From IMG/VR virus record IMGVR_UViG_3300042691_016949, positions 6,227 through 70,226 of that record: a stretch of DNA of 64,000 nt; one strand, written 5' to 3'. The notes beneath the pieces are model-generated. The model was not told the origin of the DNA, searched no databases, and saw nothing but the letters and a program-made list of their open reading frames with translations. Below, in pieces: positions 27,822 to 38,883 of this stretch. The DNA is from a virus. The position numbers and the translations under genes were made by a program. How positions within the stretch are numbered: position 1 is the first letter of the stretch; each line of letters begins with the position of its first letter.

Positions 27822-28586
27822 TCATAGCTGTGGAGCGAGGGCCAGGTAGTTCTTCTGCTCGATGTGCGCCCACTCCCCGATCACGAACTCCCCGGGAATC
27901 CCGTGGGATTGGGCGAGCTTCTGGTACTCGTGCTGGTGGGACTGGGCCTTTCTGAGGTACGACTTGAGCTTCCCAAGGGGTGGGTTGGCCAGCTCCTTCA
28001 CGTACACCGAGTGGGCCTTGTAGTCGCCTTGGGTCAGCGTCCCCCAGAACACCTCGATGAACTGGTCACTCCGCTGCCTTGCATTGCCGCATTGCCGCTT
28101 GTAGAGGTCTGACAGCATCTGGCCATTCAACCTCTCCGGCCTCCACGCCACCACATCCGTGAGGGCGGTGAACTTGTTGAAGAACATGGCGGACTGGCGG
28201 GCGAACGTGGCCTTCTCCGGTTGGCTGGGCAGGACGATCCAGTTGTTGGGATCCTGGAACGGCGGCAGCACCAGCTTCTCCAGCCCATCCAATGGGATGA
28301 GCCGCTGGGACAGCTTGAGCACCACATCCACCCCAAGCTGCTCGGCAAAAATTGCCCCGTTGATGAATGCTTGGAGATCACCGGAGGTGTGGGAACGGCG
28401 CATGGGTGGGCAGACGTAGGCGCAGTCCAGTTTCTTGGCCAAGGCGGCCATCTCCACCGACTCCGCAGATCGGTCATCGGAGACGAGGATGGGAACGTCC
28501 TGTCCAAACACCTTGCGGCATTGCAGGATGTTGAGGTGGACGAAGTCGGTGAGGCGGTAGGCCCCGATCACGATGGCGATGGTCAT
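27822..28586 (-). CDS. GT-A fold glycosyltransferase-like protein
   Basis: IAIVIGAY, ILVSDDRS. Confidence 0.6.
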   Translation of the reverse strand: MTIAIVIGAYRLTDFVHLNILQCRKVFGQDVPILVSDDRSAESVEMAALAKKLDCAYVCPPMRRSHTSGDLQAFINGAIFAEQLGVDVVLKLSQRLIPLDGLEKLVLPPFQDPNNWIVLPSQPEKATFARQSAMFFNKFTALTDVVAWRPERLNGQMLSDLYKRQCGNARQRSDQFIEVFWGTLTQGDYKAHSVYVKELANPPLGKLKSYLRKAQSHQHEYQKLAQSHGIPGEFVIGEWAHIEQKNYLALAPQL

Positions 28587-29974
28587 GGCTTTTTCTGTTC
28601 AGGTTGCTGCTTGGAAGGCCAACAGCCCTTGGACTCTGGCCTCCAGATTTCGATTCCCGCGGCAAAGCAGAGCCAGATCAGCAGCACCACCTTTGGGTTC
28701 CATTGGTCGGGATGCTGGGTGTGCAGCCGTGGGATCCAGAACCACCAGATGAACCCAAACAGGCTGCGATATGGTGGGTCTGGTGGGGTCCAGCCTCTCG
28801 GTGATACTATGAAGTGGAATGTGGTCACGGCGTGGCCTCCTTGGCTTCCTTCCAGCATTTCCGAGCTTTTCGGATGTCCTCGCGGACGGCGACCGAAGCG
28901 TCGATCCCAGCTTGGTGAATCGTCTGCGGCGGATTCAGTGGTTGGATTCGCTCGCCGGTGTTCAGGAGCCCGTGGAGATTGTAGTTGGCGACTTGAAGGT
29001 GTTCGCGGATGTCGTCGTCCGCGGCATCTGCAACGTCGTCCAAGAATTCCCCCGCCTCCTCCAGCCGCTTGATTCTTTCGTTTAGTCGATTGAGTTCGCG
29101 GACGATAAACTGCGGATGAAGATCTTTCAGGGTTCGATCATCTGGTGTGTAGATCAGGAATCCGTGAAGTGGACTCAAGTTGTTCAGCTTCGTGCATTTG
29201 TAGCGGCTCACGGCGTGGCCTCCTTGGCTGCGTTCCAGTCGTCCCTGGCTTGGCCGGTTGCGTGCCTGGAACACTCATCCCCCGCCTCCTCCAGCCGCTT
29301 CACGCGGGCGAGGAGGTCACCGGACCTCGTCTTGTAGACACCAAGCAGCATCAATGCTTGGTCCCGTTCCGCCCTCGCCTCATCCCGCTCCCGGGTCGCG
29401 GATGCAAGGTTGCGCTTGTAGCATTCTTTTGTGCGCCACGTTGGATCTTTCAGTCTAACACCACACGCCCATGTGGTGGATTTTAGAACTGGGTCCCTTG
29501 CTGAATGGCAGAACGGGCAGCACTCGGGCGCTTGTTCGTTCGTGTTCATCACACGCCCTCCGGTCGCTCGCGGAGGCTGTTGCGCCAGTCTCCGGTGTAG
29601 TTGGAGTGGTGTTCGTCCAGAACTGGGCAAGCGCTTCTGGCGGCCGTGCTTTGCCACGAAAACGATTCGGGAAGTGGCTGATATCGGAAACCCCACTCAG
29701 CACCATCCTTATCCTTCGCCCACCACCGACACCACTTCGGCAAATGCTCCCACGGGATACGCTCAGGTTCCACCCATTCGGAGATGATGTCGTAAAGCGC
29801 CTCGATGCCGCTATCGAAATGCGAGCCGTCAGTCGTCCATTCGTGCGGCTGTCCACCATCTCGCCAGCCAACAATCGGCTTGGCGCCAGGCTTGTTCGTC
29901 AGCGCGACGTACGCACGCTCGCCGTTCCTCATCCGGTAATACTTGCCGGCTTCAATCTTCAGTTCGTTGCTCAT
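28583..29974 (-). other. Cluster of small hypothetical genes sharing repeated ends
   Basis: ORFs 28583-28828, 28825-29211, 29208-29549 and 29549-29974; 22-23 bp direct repeats. Confidence 0.55.
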
Positions 29975-30110
29975 TTGTTGTTCCTAATTCGATTGCACTC
30001 TTTCAACGCTTCCCTGTTCTCCGCCCGCTGGTGCCGGATCTCCTGCGCGATCATCCCACAGAAAAATCCGCACACGAAAATCGACCCCAGCAGACCAATG
30101 TGTATCCAAG

Positions 30111-31127
30111 TCATCGGCGACTGGCTTCCGTGAGAGCCCGTTCCGCCTCGGCCCGTATGGTTTCCGGGTTCGACTGGACGTAGCTCTGGAAGATGGTGGG
30201 GTCCCTGTGGCCTGTGACCTGGCAGCCGATGGTTGGGTTGATTCCGCCCTCTGCAAGCCGGGTGACGAAGCCCCTACGAAACGAGTGGAGCCCGAAGTGG
30301 CGGAACATTAGGCCCAGCTTGGGCCGGGTCTTCCGGTGCCAGTGCATGGCCACCCGTTGGGATTCGTACATCAGCCAAGCCTCCGGATGGACGTATTCCA
30401 TCCCGTTGATGTTGGGCCAGCGGTCCGACTCCCCTTCCCAGTGGGTTGACCGTTCAGTCAACAGGTCCCAGAGTTCCCCCACCTTGGGGAATGGGATGAT
30501 GCAGGGGCGGTCGTTGGCGGCGGTTTTCTGGCGCACCCGGGTGATGGTGGCGGTCTCCAGGTCCAGCTCTCGAATCTGGAGGCTCACGGCGTCCACCACC
30601 GCCATGCCTGTATGCCACATCATGGCGTAGATGTACCGCATCACCGGATGGGTTTCCACCTCCATGATCTTCCGGTAGTGGGGCTCCTTGAGGGCCATGC
30701 GGGCCTGCTTCGACTCCTTGATGGACGGCGGCCGGATCCCGCTGGCGATCTTGACCTTGGTGTAGCCGGCGATCACCAGCCAATCCAGGAACCCCTTGAC
30801 GATGGACCAGTACAGTTGCGGGGTGCCCCCGGTGTAGTTCGGGTCGGTGTCGAGCTTGTTGCGGAAGGCGAGGACCGATTCCCTGCTGATGGGGCGGCCG
30901 GCCTGATGGAGTTCCAGGAGTCGGAAGGCTATGTTCTTCGAGCCCTTTCTGGACCCCATTGCTTTCTGTTCGGCCTGGTACTCCTCGATGGCCTCATGCA
31001 ACGAGGGCACCCGGTATCGGGCGACCACCTGCACCGGGGCCGGCTCGATGACCTGCAAACTACAGCCGGTTGATGGCGCTGCGGAATCGTTCAACATACT
31101 CGTCGGCAAGTTCAGAGGTTGGGGCAT
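30111..31127 (-). CDS. Tyrosine recombinase/integrase family protein with the first catalytic Arg replaced
   Basis: Core-binding region; RQKT, HSFRR, TGH, SY; but TGMAVVD instead of TGMRxxE. Confidence 0.85.
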   Translation of the reverse strand: MPQPLNLPTSMLNDSAAPSTGCSLQVIEPAPVQVVARYRVPSLHEAIEEYQAEQKAMGSRKGSKNIAFRLLELHQAGRPISRESVLAFRNKLDTDPNYTGGTPQLYWSIVKGFLDWLVIAGYTKVKIASGIRPPSIKESKQARMALKEPHYRKIMEVETHPVMRYIYAMMWHTGMAVVDAVSLQIRELDLETATITRVRQKTAANDRPCIIPFPKVGELWDLLTERSTHWEGESDRWPNINGMEYVHPEAWLMYESQRVAMHWHRKTRPKLGLMFRHFGLHSFRRGFVTRLAEGGINPTIGCQVTGHRDPTIFQSYVQSNPETIRAEAERALTEASRR

Positions 31128-34100
31128 TGATGGCCATCTCGTTCCAGAAAGCCGCCTCCAGCACGGCGCACTGGAATCGGATCGCGTAGGTGTCAGTGGT
31201 CACGGGGAGTCTTTCCTTCTTTAAGGATCTGGAACTCAAATCCATCTCCTCTGTCGTAGAGCCTTGCTGCTATCCTCGCCCATTTGGAAGCCCCCTTCTT
31301 GCCAGGGATGGGAATGCTTCCTTTCCTCCAGACTCCAACCCAAGGCTTCTTGATCCAGACAACCCACATGGGCTTTCGGAAGTAGCTGAACTCCGAAATG
31401 CTGAGTCGCTTCACGTTCACGGTTGACCCTCTCCTTTCCCGGCCTGCTCGTCAAGCCGCAACTTGCGTCTCCTTGGAAAAGAAGGAGGCCCGTAGTCCCG
31501 GCGTTTCATGGCCCGGGCCACGTCCGTCCCGGTGCCGATGGGTGGGGCGATGGGGAGGTTGTTGGATGCGTGGTAGCGTTGGGAGAGTTTCATTGGGTCT
31601 CAGTGGTTTTCGATGGTGAAGTCCAGTCCGATGACGAAGCCGTTGATGCAGCGGTCGAAGATGGCTTCCAGCCCTTCGTCGTGGGTGGGGTAGTGGTCCA
31701 CCAGTCCCGTGAGCGTCCAACGCAGAGTCACGGCTGCTCCTTTCTGGCCTTCTCGCGGTTCTCCTGGAACACGCGGAGGTTCTCCTGGGCCTCGTGGAGC
31801 CGGCGCTGGGCGTCCTTGAGGGCTTGGCTGGAGTGGTGGAGGGTCAGGAAGGCGGATGCCACCGCCGCCCCCGTCATGAAGGATAGGATGTAGATTTCCA
31901 TGGTTGTTCATTGGTTTTGATTGCCCGGACTTCGCCCACAGCCGCAGCCGGGGCGTGGGTCCGATCAGTCTTTCCGCATAGTGACGGTCAAATGGATATT
32001 GTGACCCGTTGTCTCGTTGCGACCCGTTTCCTTGCCGATGAAGGCTTGCCAGTGGATAACCGTCCCATTGAAGCTCCGACCATTCTCGTTCAGGACGCGG
32101 ACGAGACCCTTCTTCCCATACCGCTTCACCGCCTCACGGGTCGCGAAGATTTCCGCCGCTTCCTCGTTGTTCTCGGCGCGGACAGGACGATACCCCGAAC
32201 AGGTGTACCAGTTCACATCCCACCCCCTTTCCTGATGAGCCGGCGCGACGTAGTGATGAGCGCATCAAGCTCTGGATTGTCCCAGTCTTCAGGCTCTTCT
32301 GATTTGGCTGCCTTAAGCCATTCCAGGTTCCCTTTTAGGGCCCCCCGCGCCTTGTGGGCATAAGCCACCAAGGCCAGCACCGCATCGTGGTCCGATGGGT
32401 AACGCTCGCAGGTGTCGCAACGCTCCCCGTTGTTCAGGATTCCGGCAAGTGGCCCGTCCTTGCAGGCTTCACACTTACGCTTCACAGCCCACCCCCTTTC
32501 TCCCCGCGAGCCTTCGCGATGGCGGCACGGGCTTTGATTCTTGCGGCATCCAAAATCGGATCGCCGTCGTTCCGCCATTCCTCGGACGCAAGCGCTTCCA
32601 ACGCCTCCAAAAGCTCCGGTGCCGAGGATATCAGGCGGGCGTTGGCCTCGGCTGTTTGCGAAAAGCAAGACCTTTCCCCAGGCATTGTGGCAACATGGAT
32701 CCCAGCACCCCGTATGGTTGCAGGGCATTCTCCACCTTCGTAACAGACATCCTGAGATGCAGGTTTAAATACAGTCCACGGCCCCGGCGTATGCTTCGTC
32801 TCTGTTTTCATTTAGTTTCCTTTCGTTTTATCGGGCGAATGATCGCCGCCCACTGGCCACACAGTTTCCCGTGGAGCAAGGGAGCGGGGGTCACTCCTTC
32901 CCCATGTAAATCCGCCAAGCCTTCGTTCTCCGACACTTGATGCAGTCCACACTCCGACCGTCAAACGCTGACAGGTCGGGGTTTTCAATCCCGCACGCGG
33001 AGACGTTCGCCTGCTTCGGGCGGAAGTGGGTCGGCTTACCAGGACCCACAACCCGCTTCACCTCCAACTCACGGTTGCACTCAGCGCACAAATAGACGCG
33101 CAAGCCGTAGCGGTCGCCACGCCAGCACACGTTTTCAACAGACCCGCAATCGCAGGGGATTTCCGTTTTCATGGTTCCTTTGTGGGTTCAGAACTCTTCG
33201 ACAGTAGACCGCTCACCCGGCGTGAACATCCGGGCCAATTCCCGCGCCCGCTCCAGCACCCGCGCCGAGTGTCCGCGTTTGGTCCCGTAGTCCATTCGTA
33301 CCCGGCCAAGGAAGCGCAGGACTTCAAACTTTCCACGGGAACGCATGTCCCGGAATCCATCAGTGACCCGGAGGACGTACACTTCGCACGTCGTTCCGAA
33401 GCCCTTTGTCCGGGCCTTCCCGGTGGGTATCTGTGGGGTGTAGACAATAACTTTCACTTGTTTGGTTCCTTTCGATTTGCCGGACAATGCCCGGACCAGG
33501 AACCCCTAGGAAATTCCCAAGGGTTCCGCGTCCGATCACAAGCGTTCCGAAATGGCTCCGATGGTGCGCTCGATTCGTTGGACCTCGGCGCGAAGCTCCT
33601 CGCGAATTCGCTCCGCATCCTTGGACGCCCGGTCAACCCGTTGCACCGCTTCCTTTTCGGCTTGGTCCCGCGTTTCCTTCGCGAAGGCCACCGCCTCGCT
33701 TTTCATCGCGATGCACTCGGCCATTGTCGCATTCCACGACAGGCCGGCCGCTCCCGGTTCAATGTCCGCCCGCATCGCAGATTCAATGAATTTGATCTGC
33801 TCTGAAAGCCACGCTCCGGAATAGGATTCCCGGCCCAGCTTTTCCGCGCATTCGCGCAGGATTTGGATTTCTTCGGATTTGGTCATGGTTTCGTTTCGAT
33901 TTGGTTGTGAACTGAATTCGCCAGCACTCTTGGGAATGGGGCGCGTGTCGGGTCAAAACAGGATAACAAGGGCGAGGAATGCGGCGGCAATGAGGATCCA
34001 GGCGACGGCTTCGAGGGTGGGGGTTTTCATTCTGCCGGCTCCTCAATAGGTTCCATTCCACCGGATCCGGTCCAACGGTTGACCGATTCACACTTGGCCC

Positions 34101-34817
34101 CGCAAACGTCGCAAGTGTCCTCCCCAAAGCCGGGCGCGTCCGCATCCTCCGGGCGCGTCCAATGGCAACCGCACTGGCAACGGTATTCCAGCCGCCACCA
34201 GCCGCCGAGGGAAAGGTCATGGGAACCGTACACCTTCGCCGCCTTGGACAACCGCTTCCCTGCGTCCCCATAGCCCCGGTCCCAAAAGCCGGCGCCATGG
34301 CCGTTGCGCGTCAACCAAAAGTCCACCCCGTTGCGTTCGTCGTCCCCGGCATTGGCCAAGTCTTCCTCGTTGGCTTGCTGGAAATCATCGCAGTCCGCGA
34401 CGGCTTCCTTTTCCCAGTCTTCCGGGATGCGGGCCAGCATGTCAGGCGTGGCATGGTATTCCCCGGAGCCGGGGGAAGGGTCGGTTGTCCAAAGGGCGGC
34501 GGTTACGTAGCCGCGCAGGAATGGGTCGGATGGGAGTTTCATGCGTTTGTTTTTGTTGGTTTGCGGTGGGTTTTGGTGTCGGTTCAAAATGTGCAGCACC
34601 CGCAACATGGAGCGTCTTCACACCGTCCCCTGGCGTTCCTGGTTCCCGTCCATCCGGATGACGTGCGGACACACACGAGACTAGACTCTTGAGGCATGCG
34701 TCCTGTGCATGCGTTGCAATCTATTCTCCAAAATCGACCACGCTTAGTGATGGTCCCTAAGCCGACTGGAACGTATTCATGACAAATGGAACACTGTCCT
34801 GGATATCGGTTTTTCAC
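31060..34817 (-). other. Early-type cluster of short hypothetical genes (e.g. 31193-31420, 31965-32216, 32482-32811, 33188-33487, 33536-33886, 34027-34542, 34584-34817)
   Basis: Closely packed ORFs; KHTPGPW..ANARLI family at 32482; GVDFWLTRNGHGAGFWDRG at about 34300; RNARGRCEDAPCCGCC at 34584. Confidence 0.6.
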
Positions 34818-34883
34818 TGGATTTGATGATTTGAATTGAAGGAATGCTGGAACCTACTCTTTACAATAGGCTCTCGCACACAT

Positions 34884-35549
34884 TTAGTTGCTTGCGATTT
34901 TCTCTACACTCTTCGCTCCCGTTCCATGGGGACGAAAGCCGACGATGACTCCACGGTCGCTTTTGGCGCAAAGCCGACACTTGTCACAAGACAAACCGGA
35001 GACTCGTTGCGCCGGGCAAACCACAACCCTGTTGCCTCCGGGGGAAACGAACCTGTCTGGAGATTCCATCGGCACGACGGCCGCAACAGGGAGGCCGGTT
35101 TTTGCCAGCGAATCGGCATGCGCCACGCTGTTTGCCGATAGGTTGATCGTGAATCCCTTTTGGTTGGCGTCTTTGATAGCTTCAAGGTTAACTCCAACCG
35201 GTGGCTTGTGGGTGTAGGTGAAGCCGCGCTTTCCGGCATTAGCGTCAGCTAATTCCCGAAGCTTTCCAGTGTCGATATTGTTGCCGATTCCCGGCAGATC
35301 GCCGGCTTGGTTGTGGCGCCACAGTTGGCCCGGCTTAAATGATTTGACCGATTCGAGGAATTCCGGCCATTCCATGCCGCGGCCGCCGGAGGTAACTTTT
35401 GCCCAGTGAAGAGCTAGCGGGCCGCTTTTAGCGTAACAGCCTTTTGCCTTGAACGGACAGGCTTCTGGGCACGTTTCCGAAGAGGAAGTGGAAACCGGGA
35501 TGGGTCCGGTTTTTACGTTTCCGGATTTGATGGACAGGTGAACTTTCAT
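34884..35549 (-). CDS. Gp88-like Cys-cluster (radical-SAM-like) protein
   Basis: GNVKTG, TCPEACPF..GCYA, WRHNQAGDL, FTYTH, CPAQ..CDKCRLC. Confidence 0.6.
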   Translation of the reverse strand: MKVHLSIKSGNVKTGPIPVSTSSSETCPEACPFKAKGCYAKSGPLALHWAKVTSGGRGMEWPEFLESVKSFKPGQLWRHNQAGDLPGIGNNIDTGKLRELADANAGKRGFTYTHKPPVGVNLEAIKDANQKGFTINLSANSVAHADSLAKTGLPVAAVVPMESPDRFVSPGGNRVVVCPAQRVSGLSCDKCRLCAKSDRGVIVGFRPHGTGAKSVEKIASN

Positions 35550-36460
35550 GTCGGGGTATGGTAGGAAAACCGGCAAGACGGAAGTTTCACCTCCCATGTC
35601 CCAAGCAAACAAGGGAAAGGGGAAGAGGAGAGAGAGGGAACGGAAGGGGAATGTGGGGAAAGGAAGGGGGAGCAAAGGGAAGGGGGAGCAAAGGAAGCGG
35701 AGGAAGGGAGGGGAAAGGGAGGGAAAGGGCCAGGTTTCTGGGAATGGAAAGGGTTGGTGGGGAAGGGGTTACAACGGAAACCAAGGCCCTTCTCCCCGGA
35801 TAGTACGTACACGTACGGTATTGGTACGTACACGTATTGTTGACTGATCAGTCAAATTGCAATGGTAGTGCCGGACCATTGCAAGCCGTTGCACCGCAAA
35901 CGGTTACAAGGGAGGCAAAAACGAGGGGGGAAGCTAGGCAAAAGCTGCCGGGGGCGGTACCTTGGGGGTGGGCCAGGGGTTGTGAATATGACATTAGGGA
36001 CGGGCTGTCGCAATCTCAGCCCCCGCTCCCCCTTCCCCTTGCTACCCGCTTCCTTGCTCCCCATCTACCCTCCCTTCCCCTACTCCCCCACCTCCCCATA
36101 TCCATTCTCCACATGGACTTCTTGGACGTCCTTGTCCTACCCATTGGACAGGGGGCCTTTGTTGATTTGGAAGGACTTACGCAGGAATTTCCCTGTGCAA
36201 CAGGACACCTAGGACATGGGATGTCCGAGGGGGTATGGGGGGTTTGTTGGACCCTCCCCGGGGTCGAAAATGTGGAAATCAGGTATGGCCTTTGGATTTT
36301 TTGGGCCTTCCCCGGGCTTTCCCCCCTTCCTTGGGCTCCCTCCTCTTCCCCTTCCCTCCTTCTCTCCCTTCTCTCTCTGGGACTCCTTGGGTGTGTGGGG
36401 AGTTGGGAGAGGAAACTTCCCTATTGACGGGACGGTTCGAGGGTGCCAGTGTTGGCCCCG
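35550..36460. promoter_or_regulatory. Non-coding divergent hub (possible genome end or packaging region)
   Basis: Strand switch; purine tract 35596-35765 mirrored by pyrimidine tracts 36015-36380; GTACGTACACGTA twice; inverted repeat TTGCAATGGT/ACCATTGCAA; outward-facing copies of a shared promoter motif. Confidence 0.6.
36405..36452 (+). promoter_or_regulatory. Promoter with conserved box GGGAGAGGAAACTTCCCTA-TTGACG-N17-CAGTGT
   Basis: Near-identical copy at 37585-37632; related copies at 35570-35595 (-) and about 43662-43679. Confidence 0.7.
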
Positions 36461-37399
36461 ATGAAAGCGTCCCTGATTCAACTGTTCCAGAACCGGATGG
36501 ACAAATGCACCTACGAGCAGTGGTGGGTGACCGCGGCGACTGCGGCCCTGAACTTGGCGACATCGGGTCGCGGCTGGGGGGCTTGGGTGTTCTGTGGTGC
36601 GGTTTCCGTCATGGCGATCCGGTTCGTGGTTTCCCGTCACCATGGCTACTACAAGAACCGGGCAAACCTGGCGGAGATCCTGCAAGACATCCCGGAGGCG
36701 CCCGGCTTCCTGAAGACCGCTCCTCACGGCTCCTCCTACACCACCCTCTCCGGGGTTTCCTTCTACTGCTGGCTCATCCTTGGAACTCTTCTGATTCGAT
36801 AACAAACCATGAACGAACCATCCACTCCACCCACCCCTCACACCACCAACGCCCTCCTGGAGATCCTCTACAAGAAGGCCGACTGGGAGCTGGAGGAGAA
36901 GCTCCGCAAGGCCGCAGAAGCCTTTGAGGCCGTCATCCGCCCAATCGGGATGCCTGGCTGGTTCAGTATGTCCACCACCAAAAACGCTGGGGAGGCCATC
37001 GCGGAACTGGAACGCGACCTGTTCAAAGCCATCAAGGACAAGAACCGCCAGAAGTACGTGGAGGACTGGATGAACAAGAACAACCAAGTCCTCGCCATGC
37101 TCCGCGAGTTCGAGAGCCAGCAAGCCTGACCCACCATGTACGACTACAAAGAACACAAACACCATGTCTTCACTGATGAAGGACAACGGATGTTCATGGA
37201 CATCTACAGGAAGTCTGTGGAGCAACTGAAGTTCTCCGGGGCGTTCCGGCTTGGGAACGTGATCTCCGGGGTCTCTGGCTCCACTTGGGACATGATCGCC
37301 TGCGTGGATCGCATGGTGGAACTCGGGCTGATCCAGGAAGTCACCAAGGACTGTTCGGCCCAAGCCCGTGTTTTCGTCGCCACCCAGAAAACCGCGTAA
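36461..37399 (+). other. Three early hypothetical genes (36461-36802 membrane protein, 36809-37129, 37136-37399)
   Basis: Tandem ORFs after the promoter; the first has hydrophobic segments. Confidence 0.6.
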
Positions 37400-37584
37400 C
37401 CCAACTCGAACTACTCATCCGCACCGAATGAACTCCCTCAAGGAAGACCTGTTCGAGCTGCTGGTCGGCTGGGTCCTGCTGCTCATCGAAACCGGCATGG
37501 ACCTCCTCCTCTCAGCCTCCGCCTTCACCTGCGCCCTCCTTTCCGTCTTCCCCACCCTCTGGAGGGTTTTCCTCCGTGTGGGCA

Positions 37585-37632
37585 GGGAGATGAAACTTCC
37601 CTATTGACGGATTCTCCCTTGTCCGTCAGTGT
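37585..37632 (+). promoter_or_regulatory. Promoter GGGAGATGAAACTTCCCTA-TTGACG-N17-CAGTGT
   Basis: 25/26 identity to 36405-36430 and the same -10. Confidence 0.7.
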
Positions 37633-37641
37633 GGGTGCCGT

Positions 37642-37715
37642 TCGGTCCGGTCTGCCCCGTTCGGACTGATCAGGGTCAACCGGGGGCTTCTGGCTGGCAG
37701 ACGTCAGAGGCCCCC
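37642..37715 (+). ncRNA. Two-hairpin kissing-loop leader RNA
   Basis: 9-bp and 13-bp stems; loops TCTGCC and GGCAGA are complementary. Confidence 0.55.
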
Positions 37716-37730
37716 AACCTTCAGAAATCA

Positions 37731-38732
37731 GTGAAACTCGCATCCATTGAAACCATCTCGTCGCTCACCCGCCACCCGAATGCCGACTCCTTGGACATCG
37801 CCAAGGTCCTTGGGTGGCAGTGCGTGGTGAAGCGTGGGGCCTTCACCAAGGGCCAGAACATCGTGTTCGTCCCCATCGACACCATCCTCCCGGACGCTCC
37901 ATGGAGCGCGTTCCTCAAGAAGGGAGACAAGCCCATCCGCCTTGGCACCGTGAAGCTCCGTGGCGAGTACAGCCAAGGACTGGTGCTGCCCTTGGATGTC
38001 CTGCCTGCGGGTTCCCGTGGGTGGAATGTGGGGGCTGACGTGGGCGGCGAGCTGGGCATCAAGAAGTACGAGAAGGAGGTGCCGGCCCAGTTGAGTGGAG
38101 AGGTTCTTTGTCCGTTCCCACAGCACCTTGCCTCCAAGACCGACGAGGACAACGGCCTGTCCCATCCCGAGATCGTTGAGGCGGTTCTGGCCACCCAGAA
38201 GTCCAGCCCACTCCTCATCACCCAGAAGCTGGACGGCTCGTCCTGCACGATCATCGTCGAGGACGGGAAGATCGTCCATGTGTGCAGCCGCAACCTGAGC
38301 CTCAAGGAGTCTGACTCCAATGCGTTCTGGAAGGCGGCGAGGAAGGGCGACTTCAAGACCCTTCCCTACGGCCCTGCGTTCACCGGCACCATCCAAGGCG
38401 AACTCATGGGTCCGGGCATCCAAGGCAACCAGCTTGGCCTGTCGGAGCCCACGTTGTTCGTGTTCCAGATCAAGGAGCACGGGATGTGGCATTCCTATTC
38501 AGATGTTGAGTACCTATCCAACATCTTTGGTTTCCGTTGTGTGGAAGCCGTTGAGCCTCCGCTGACTTTCGACCTTACCTTGGATGATCTCCAGGTGCTG
38601 GCTGACATTCAGGCCCTCCCGAACGGCCAGCCCGCGGAGGGAATTGTGGTGCGACCTGGAGACTGCCGCGCCTCCGGCATCGGTCGTCCGCTCAGTTTCA
38701 AGATCATCAACCGCAACTACAAGGACCTGTGA
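37731..38732 (+). CDS. ATP-dependent RNA ligase, DRB0094/Rnl5-like, with N-terminal OB domain
   Basis: HPNADSL..AKVLGWQCVV, LRGEYSQGL, TQKLDGSS, QGELMG, EGIVV, FKII. Confidence 0.9.
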   Translation: MKLASIETISSLTRHPNADSLDIAKVLGWQCVVKRGAFTKGQNIVFVPIDTILPDAPWSAFLKKGDKPIRLGTVKLRGEYSQGLVLPLDVLPAGSRGWNVGADVGGELGIKKYEKEVPAQLSGEVLCPFPQHLASKTDEDNGLSHPEIVEAVLATQKSSPLLITQKLDGSSCTIIVEDGKIVHVCSRNLSLKESDSNAFWKAARKGDFKTLPYGPAFTGTIQGELMGPGIQGNQLGLSEPTLFVFQIKEHGMWHSYSDVEYLSNIFGFRCVEAVEPPLTFDLTLDDLQVLADIQALPNGQPAEGIVVRPGDCRASGIGRPLSFKIINRNYKDL

Positions 38733-38883
38733 AACGCACCGCCATCGACGAGATCCTCAACGGGGACGGCCACAAACGCCTCCCCCATGGAACCATCGCC
38801 ACCACGGTCAAGGCCGCCCGCGCCTACAAGCTGACCGGTGAGCCCACCTACTTCCGCCAACCCAAGAAGCGGAGGTACGGCAA

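Noticed and set aside
35546-36563. Pro/Leu/Ser- or Gly/Arg/Lys-rich ORFs in the hub
   Set aside because: Artefacts of the purine and pyrimidine tracts.
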